From: Eledone cirrhosa | Lineage: Eukaryota | Assembly: GCA_964016885.1 (NCBI GenBank) | Contig: OZ024742.1 | Span: 184,388,001-184,452,000, forward strand | Reading direction: 5' to 3' | Length of the DNA: 64,000 nucleotides | Shown here: positions 56,524 to 64,000 of the stretch, in pieces | How positions within the stretch are numbered: position 1 is the stretch's first letter | Layout of the letters: every line of letters begins with the position of its first letter | Notes under the pieces: model-generated | What the model saw: the letters and a program-made list of their open reading frames with translations, nothing else | What the model was told of the DNA's origin: nothing | The model's database searches: none | Position numbers and translations under genes: made by a program

Positions 56524-58552
56524 TAAACAACATCTGATCCCTCTTATTCCTAATTTCTCCCTTAGTTCGTTTATGCTTTGCCGTTCACGTATATTACTAT
56601 TACACATCCAGCGGAGCATGCAAGCTACGTTCCTCTCCAGTCTGCGTATATCCTCTGCACACAATGCCCAGGTCTCACTGCCATGTAACATTGCTGTTCG
56701 TATGCAGGCATCATACAGCCTGCCTTTCATTTTTAGAGAGAACCCTTTAGCGGCCAATAGTGGTATAAGTTCTCTGAACTTTTTCCATCCCGTTGTGACT
56801 CTAGCTACTGTACTTTCAGAGCACCCTCCCCCACTGCTGATTTTGACACCCAGGTAACGGAAGGTGTCCACTATTTCTATAGAACCATCTGTGCAATGGA
56901 ATGAGCTAGTATTCTGTGGACACTTGCTGCTACTTATTGCACCAGAGCACCGGCCACATATAAAATCTATATTCTTAGTTAGCTTACCTGTGATCCCACT
57001 ACATCTTTTATGCACCCATACTTTGCATCTGGGACATAAAATGAAGTTTCTGCTTACTCCTTTCCTACACACTGAGCATGGCCATTTCCCAGATGGGACC
57101 GGTGCCCTATTTTCCTTCCTACAAACTAGAACTTTAGTCTTAGCCAGGTTAATTTTAAGGCCTTTTGATTCTAGGCCATGCTTCCATGTTTGGAATTTCT
57201 TCTCTAGTTCAGCCATTGATTCAGCTATGAGCGTTAGATCATCTGCATATAGGAGTTCCCATGGGCAGCCGGTCTTGAACTCCTCTGTTATAGCCTGAAG
57301 GGCAATAATAAATAGTAGGGGGCTAAAAACGGAGCCCTGATGAACACCAACTTTTACGCTAAACTCTTCACTATATTCGTTGTTAATTCTAACCTTGCTG
57401 ACTGTTTCTTTATACATGGTTTGTATAGCTCTCACAAGCCATTCATCAACACCTAGTTTTCTAAGAGCCCACCAGATAATGGAGTGGGGGACTCTGTCAA
57501 AGGCTTTCTCCAAGTCAACAAAGGCTAAGTATAGGGGTTTACTTTTAGCTAGGTACTTCTCCTGTAGTTGTCGTACAATGAAAAGAGCGTCTGTGGTACT
57601 TTTACCTGACACAAACCCGAACTGCATTTCATCTAGATCAATTCGTTCTCTGATTAGTTGCGCTATTACTTTTTCTGTGACCTTCATGACCTGGTCGATT
57701 AATTTAATGCCTCTATAGTTACCCCTATCTAGGGCATCTCCTTTACTCTTGTAGCAGTTAATGATGCTGCTGCTATGCCAGTCATTTGGAATGGCCCCAT
57801 TCTGTATGACTTGGTTTACTATCTGGGTGACCATAGTGTGTCCCATCGTTCCAGATGCTTTCAACATTTCAGCAACTATTTCCGAAGGCCCAGCCGCCTT
57901 ACCCGTCTTCATATCTTTGATTGCCTTACTTATTATACTACCTTCAACTAGCATGGGGGAAACTGTCTTTCTCCCATTTATTCTCCTCATTTAGTAGCCT
58001 TTCGTAGTGACACTTCCAAGCTACCTTCTTATCAGCGTCAGTGATGGCAAGTACACCATCATCATTAAGGACACACTTCTCCCCGACAATATCACGGTTT
58101 TCCTTGACACATTGCCTAGCAATCCTGAACACCTCACGTTTTTGGTCCTCGCGTTGTAGAACATGCTAGCACTTTCTTTCCCCTGCTTCCCTTCTTGCGA
58201 AGTACACTTGTCTCCTAGCTTTCCTCCTGGCCACTTGATAGTCTTCTCTACTTCCCCCATCCCGCCATACTTTCCAAGCCTGCTTTTTGGCTCCTTAATT
58301 GACTCCTCCACCTTACTCTTCCACCACCACGTTACTCTCCTCCTGCCTATAGGCCTGCTCCAGCCACAGACTTCATCTGCCGCCTTCAGCAGGTTAGCTT
58401 TCAGGAAATCCCACTGTTCCTCTATATTGTACGACTCTAATTGCTCTTCCTTACTGTCGAAAGCATCAAGTAATATGCTTTTAAATTTATTTCTGGCTGT
58501 TGGGTCCTTTAGCTTCCATATTTTTCTCCTGAGGATAGTGCTCCTCTGTTGT
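56524..58552 (-). mobile_element. RTE LINE ORF (RT region largely open), cut at both ends
   Basis: VTWWW, GKAAGPS, NYRGIKL, MQFGF, FVDLEKAFDRV, GVHQGS, LLYADD, FRYLG. Small internal deletion at about 57990; ends at the Gypsy LTR. Confidence 0.95.
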
Positions 58553-61500
58553 CAAGCCTCCCCGTCCGAGAGCCGCGGCAGACCGTCGTGCAAAGCACCG
58601 TTGAAAGGCCGCACACATCCGCTCAGGTTCAAGGATCACGCGTCCATCCTGGTCCTTCAAAGACCGAATCGTGGACTTGTTTCGAATTTTTGCCTCTGTC
58701 ACTCGGGCCCAGCTAACAGCTTTGGCTCCCTCGTTACCCAGAGCACGTATTTTACTCCTGACAATGCAGCCCTCGTGCTTCGCGTCAAAGAACTGGTCTA
58801 GGGCCATTCTTGATGCCAGCACGCCGGCCACATTGCCACTCCTAATCGCCTCTTCTACTCTATCTATCAATTCCCTTTCAGTTCTATTCCTATCTGATGC
58901 TAATTCCTGACTAAAACCTATCGATTCTATTCTAATTTCTCTCTTGAGAGAGCCCCACCACCTGCTGTTGACAATTTCCCCCGTCAACTGCTGCTTAACT
59001 AGAGTGCTAATCCGCTTACTGTAAGCTTTGTTTGTCGGTAAGGACAAGTTTAGCTTCCAGTAACCGGGTCCTTCTCTATGGGTTCTATCAAGGTTGACCA
59101 CTCCGGTCACCAACTTGTGATCCGAATAGTCAACCATGAACATTCGTGGACAGCTTAATATGTCCCTATCCTTATTTCTAACTAGGAACCTATCTAGGTA
59201 AGACCTAGATGTTCCACTGCGATTAGTCCACATCCATAGTGGCACAGTCGGAAAATCTAGTCGATATCTATCGGCCAGATCAAATCAGCCGATTAACCGT
59301 TTGAGGCTGTTACACCCCCCTCTATCGGGACATGCCCCTACATAGTCCCAACGTGGATCCAGGATACCATTCTAGTCCCCCACTAAAAGCAAGGAGCGAG
59401 ACGTTCCCAGAAAAGTCTCTAGGCGCTGGAAGAAGTCTGGTCGCGGTGTCCCAGATGGGGCATACACTGCCACCAGCATGAAGGCTCCACCTTCACTACT
59501 GCTGATGTATAGAACCACCAGTCGACCCTCCGAGTCCAGGTGTACCTTCCGTGTTGCGAGGCCCAGGTGTTTTCACAGCAGAATGACCAACCCCCGGCTG
59601 ACAGAGAGATGCATAGATCTCAAAGTCGTCGAAGATGGCGGCCAGTTGGTGCTCACTGCTGATCCTGGACTCGCAAATAGCTATCACATCCATTCTGTGC
59701 GACCTGAGGTCATTTAAGAGTTTGCCCTGCTTCCAGGACATCCCCAGGCCGCACACATTTAAACATCCAACTCTTATAACAGCCATGTTGGTGGTGAAGA
59801 GTTTAGAGTGGAGAAAAAGGAAAAGACACCTACCTGTCCTTCTCCTGGGGACCAGGCTGCACAATTTCCATGGGGGTACGGCGGGGTTATTTGGTGGGGT
59901 GGTGGTTTGGGATGGGGTGGGGCGGGGGTGTCTGGGGTGGTGGTGGGGAAACATTTCAAGAGGACGCGGTTGCTAGGTCTGGTACAGGGGTTCCCCACGT
60001 CCTCGGGAAAGTTCTGTATGAGCATTGCGTAGGTGTCCCTTGGGACCCTAATCATTTTTAAATGCGGTTTAGTTGGTGAACATTTTCCCTTCGGTTTCCA
60101 CCGAAGGGTCTTTGTCTATTGTTTGCACAAGTGTTTTGTTGTTTGTGTTGATGTATGTATACTGTTTTTGTTGTGTTGTGTTTGTTTTTTGTTTGTTGTT
60201 CTTGTGTGTGTTTGTGTTTTGTAGTATGTGTTATGTTTTTGGGAGGGGTGGGTTTTTTTGTTTGTGATGTTTGTTCTGTTTGTGCTGGTGGCTGTGTTTG
60301 TTGCATTTTTGTTAATGTGGTGCTTTCTTTTCTTTCTTTTTACAGGTTGAAAGGGTTCTCCATCGTCGTCACTGGGTGATGTCGATAAGGGTTCCTCGTC
60401 CGTGTTGTTGGGGAGGGGTATATTTTGGGGTTTTGTTGTGGTTGCTTTTGTATTTGTTTTAGGTGGGGAGGGGTTGGGTGGGACAGTGTCTTGTGTTGTT
60501 ATTTTTTCGTGTTGTGGTGATGGTTGTGTTGTTGTGTGTGGGGTGGGCAGAAGCGTCTTTTTTTTTGGGGGGGGCATTTAAAATGGGACAGGAAGCCCTC
60601 AGGTGACCATTTCTTGAACAATGGTAGCATGAAGGCCGCCTGCCCTCAACAGAAATGTTTATGAAGGCGACTCCATCCAGGGACACACGCTGCGGTATTC
60701 TTGCTATCCGTTCTGGTCTCATTTGGACCAGAACTTCAAGGCTATTGCCGCCGAATACACCCCCGATGGATTCGCCTATCGAAAGGATTGTGTCCTCATC
60801 TTCTAAGAATCCCATTAGCACCCACCAAATGCTCGCATTTGGCCTGATGCCCGAGATTCTTATCTTTTGAGTTCTTTTTCTCAAATATGTGAGGAAAAAG
60901 GTGTATGCTTTGGATACAATTGGCGACACAGAATATTTCCGTGCCGCCAATTCATCTTGCATTAAAGCAGATATGCTTCCATACAGTTTCCCTTTCTGTA
61001 TGAAAGCAATGTCCTTCCAGGCACTACTTAGGACCAGCTCAATTTCGCTTTGGGACAATTGAGCCGGTTACCTAGTCGTGTTCGAAACTGTCCTATAGAT
61101 TAGGGTCCTGAGGACTGTGTCCCTTCTAATTTCTTCGGGGGAGGTAATTGTGAATTCCCCACCTTCCCCGAAACTTACACAATTCCTTGCTTCTTTCAGC
61201 AATTTCTTGGCATTCGAGATGTCCAGTGCCTTGTATGTCTGTATTTCTCGGACCGCCTGTGCGAAGGAGACTGCAGCTGTGGGTCCGTTTTCTTTTGTGT
61301 TGTTATCATTGTTGTTGTTGTTATTCGTGTTGGCTTGCTTTTTTCCTTTGTTGGTGTTGTAATTATTGCTGTTGTTGGTTGTGTTGTTATTGTCATTGTT
61401 GCTGTTGTTAGTTGAGTTGTTATTGTCATTGTTGTTCTTGTTTGTGTAATTGTTACTTTTGGTGTTTTCACCCATTTCCACAATTTTTTCTTTTGATTCC

Positions 61501-61815
61501 GTGGTGTCTTTTGCGGGAGTGAGGAGGGAAGGCTTACAACGTTGTGCTGCTACCTTCTCTCTATCACTTTCCTTGGGTGGGCGTGGCATGCGTCGTATTA
61601 ATGGCGTCCATTGTCACTAAACGTCTTTTTATTGACAACTTATAACTATTAAATTTCGCCCCAAAAAGGGGCGAAATTTATTTTACCCAACGTCTGCAGG
61701 CCCAGGCGAGGGTTTAAACACAACAAATAACAAGTTACTTAAACAGACCTACCGCTGCTCGTAATAAATTCCAACAAAATGCAGGAGCGAAACAAAAACA
61801 CGTCTATTTTTTCCG
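58553..61815 (-). mobile_element. L1/Tx1-clade LINE 5' half (5'UTR, ORF1 with CCHC knuckle, ORF2 endonuclease); RT missing
   Basis: ORF1 from 61589 with frameshifts and CYHCSRNGHLRASC. ORF2 ATG at 59786: MAVIRVGCLNVCGL...SYLDRFLV...SDHKLV...GPGYWKLNLS. Confidence 0.88.
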
Positions 61816-61855
<40 letters not shown>

Positions 61856-61884
61856 GCATATATATACATATATATATATATATG

Positions 61885-61970
61885 TGGTCCACTTGGGGTA
61901 GAATCTCTTTCTCCCATGCATTCTCCTCATTTAGTAATCTTTCATAATGGCTCTTCCACGCAGCTTTGAT
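61885..61970 (-). mobile_element. Short RTE fragment
   Basis: KAAWKSHYERLLNEENAWEKE, homologous to 57960-58030. Confidence 0.7.
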
Positions 61971-62340
61971 TTTAAGACCGCCTGTGATTTTAAGACCTGG
62001 CTCTACCAACACCAACATACGTTAAGAAACCCGGCCCGGCGACATGCCACTACACTTTCGAGCCACATTTGGGGCCTCCAAGATAATAACATCACATACC
62101 ATCTAAGTTGGAGCTTACTTTCCAGGGCTAACTCCTACTCGGGAGGACGCCATCCGTGTAACTTATGCTCGGAGGAAACGATACAAATGCCACCATATTT
62201 ACTTGGACAGTCAGCTTCCTGATGATTTCTCACGAGTGAAACAGTTCTAATCCCGTAGAAGCTTTTCTATATTAAACACTTATACTCTGCTTTGTATCGA
62301 GTACCTTACTTACTGTGGTTACCCCCGATTGAACCCGGCT
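61968..62340 (+). mobile_element. Penelope-like element 3' end (GIY-YIG C-terminus + pLTR)
   Basis: FKTWLYQHQHTLRN....ATTLSSHIWGL......LSWSLL..A.SY......CNLCSEE followed by a hammerhead motif. Confidence 0.8.
62213..62263 (+). ncRNA. Type I hammerhead ribozyme in Penelope pLTR (weakened stems II/III)
   Basis: Stem I AGCTTC/GAAGCT, CTGATGA, short stem II, GAAAC...GTA. Confidence 0.7.
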
Positions 62341-62749
62341 GGACAAAACAGTACCAAATTTGCACCATAGATGTAACTTTTTCCAAATAAAAAAGTGAGG
62401 GTATTTTTGTCTACTGAATTTTGTTAAAAGATTAAAGACATTATTTAAATATTCACATTTTAAAATTTCAAATGTCAACAATTCCGGTTATATGACATTC
62501 CTCACTTTTTCTTATGACGTCACACAACATTCCCATCTTTTTCTTAGTCTGTCTTTTGTCTGGCTGTCTGCATTAGATAACGTTTTTCGAAATATTTACT
62601 TCTACGTTCACAGATTGAATTTTTTAGTTTCATAAGATCCTGTTACGAGTGAAAGCCTTTGCTTAAACTTTAATCTGTTATTTTAATATATATATTCGTG
62701 TACAGATATTTTTGCATACACACAAACAAAAACCTATTTATTTCACGAA

Positions 62750-63345
62750 AGCACAGACGGCTTATCGTCATTGTTACTGTTCAAGGTTAGAAGACCACAG
62801 CCTTTCCAAGATCTGAGAACCATCAATGTTCCACTTACCGTTTGGCCTACCAGATGCATGGTATGTTACACGATGACAGCCATTGGCACCTCACCCTGCA
62901 AGAAGCAGCAACTGCTAAAGTCCCTTCTCAGCTGCGAAAACTTATTGCTATTATGCTGCACAACTGTGATCTCGCCGACCCTCTCGCACTGTGGAACAAC
63001 CACCGCGAAAGTTTAGCTGAGGACATCCTCCACCACACACGCAGACACAATACGAATGTAACATACGGTGTCGTTTTCAATGAGGCGCTCATCTGTCTTG
63101 AAAACAGTGTCCTGGAGATTGGTGGGAGGCCTCTAAGTCACTACAGCTTACCTGCTCCTAACAGGAGTGTTCAGAGGTCAACGTCTACAGAGTTTCACCG
63201 CGAGACGAGCTATGTGATCAGTGCTTCTCCCATGGTCAAGTGTATGTAGGATGCTCTAGGGTGAGCTTGCCAAACAATCTCTTCATCTTTGCTCCGGAGG
63301 GCCGAACAAAAAATATTGTATACTCTGAGGCTCTAACAATGTAAT
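62750..63345 (+). mobile_element. Internally deleted Helitron RepHel fragment
   Basis: LLLFKVR.P..FQDLRTIN, G.LHDDSHW..TLQEA, QLRKL, PLALWNNHRESLAEDI, LSHYSLPAP, then jumps at about 63218 to the helicase end CFSHGQVYVGCSRV...TKNIVYSEAL. Confidence 0.88.
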
Positions 63346-64000
63346 TTAAATATTTTTTGTTACTTGGAATTTCCATTATGGTTGTACAAATTATTGTTTG
63401 TTAAAAAATGTGTTCTCTGTTCAGCCTTTATTGTTGTAACTATCAATTTTCTTTAACGTACTGGCTGCTGAACTGGGGAACCCTAAATACTATTCAAACC
63501 TAACATCAGAGCACGTTAACCCCCACCAACCCTGCCAATAAAAACCCACACACTTATTGGTTTTCACTCCAATTTATTATAAATTTCTGGCTGGTTGGTT
63601 GGTTGGTTGATTGGTTTGTTCGATAACTGGATGGTTGTTTATAAATCGTCAAAGCTCTTTCGTCACACATCCAACCCTTTAGCAAATAGTCTGGAACCAG
63701 CTGTTGAAACAGCAAGAGCTCAGCCGTCGGGTACTGACTCTTTATAATATAACCATATTCTGCTACCCCAAGTATTGAGTACTCTTGAGGACTCTACCCC
63801 CACAACCCTCTCAGGAATAAATAGGCAGATTTACTACTATGAGTAAGATGCCTCTGTCACAAGTCCGAACCAGTGGATACAAGGGAACAAAACTTGCCGA
63901 AGACGGGAACTCCAGTTCCATCATGGAGATGCCCACATGAATTGTATATACATTATGCAACTTGTAGTCCCAGAAACCTATTAAAGATTTTTATTGATTT

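Overview
Eukaryotic, very AT-rich, repeat-dense genomic DNA. The SINE/RTE repertoire and (TA)n mega-arrays suggest a coleoid cephalopod (octopus); this is an inference. One host gene can be reconstructed: a six-exon ITM2/BRI2-family (type II TM + BRICHOS) gene on the minus strand, CDS 49391->9566, 855 nt / 284 aa, with a 32 kb first intron. The rest is transposon material: several RTE LINE copies (two very young), a CR1/L2-like LINE, an L1/Tx1-like LINE, a CRE-clade RLE retroelement just upstream of the ITM2 start, a Ty3/Gypsy element with a -1 frameshift signal, a solo LTR, a Tc1 transposon, Helitron derivatives, MITEs, SINEs, and Penelope-type remnants carrying minimal hammerhead ribozymes. 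There are about 9 kb of TA-based microsatellite and one 200-N gap. I see no convincing new multi-gene system. The best leads are the hammerhead set, the divergent ITM2 C-terminus, the promoter-proximal CRE element and the intronic hairpins.
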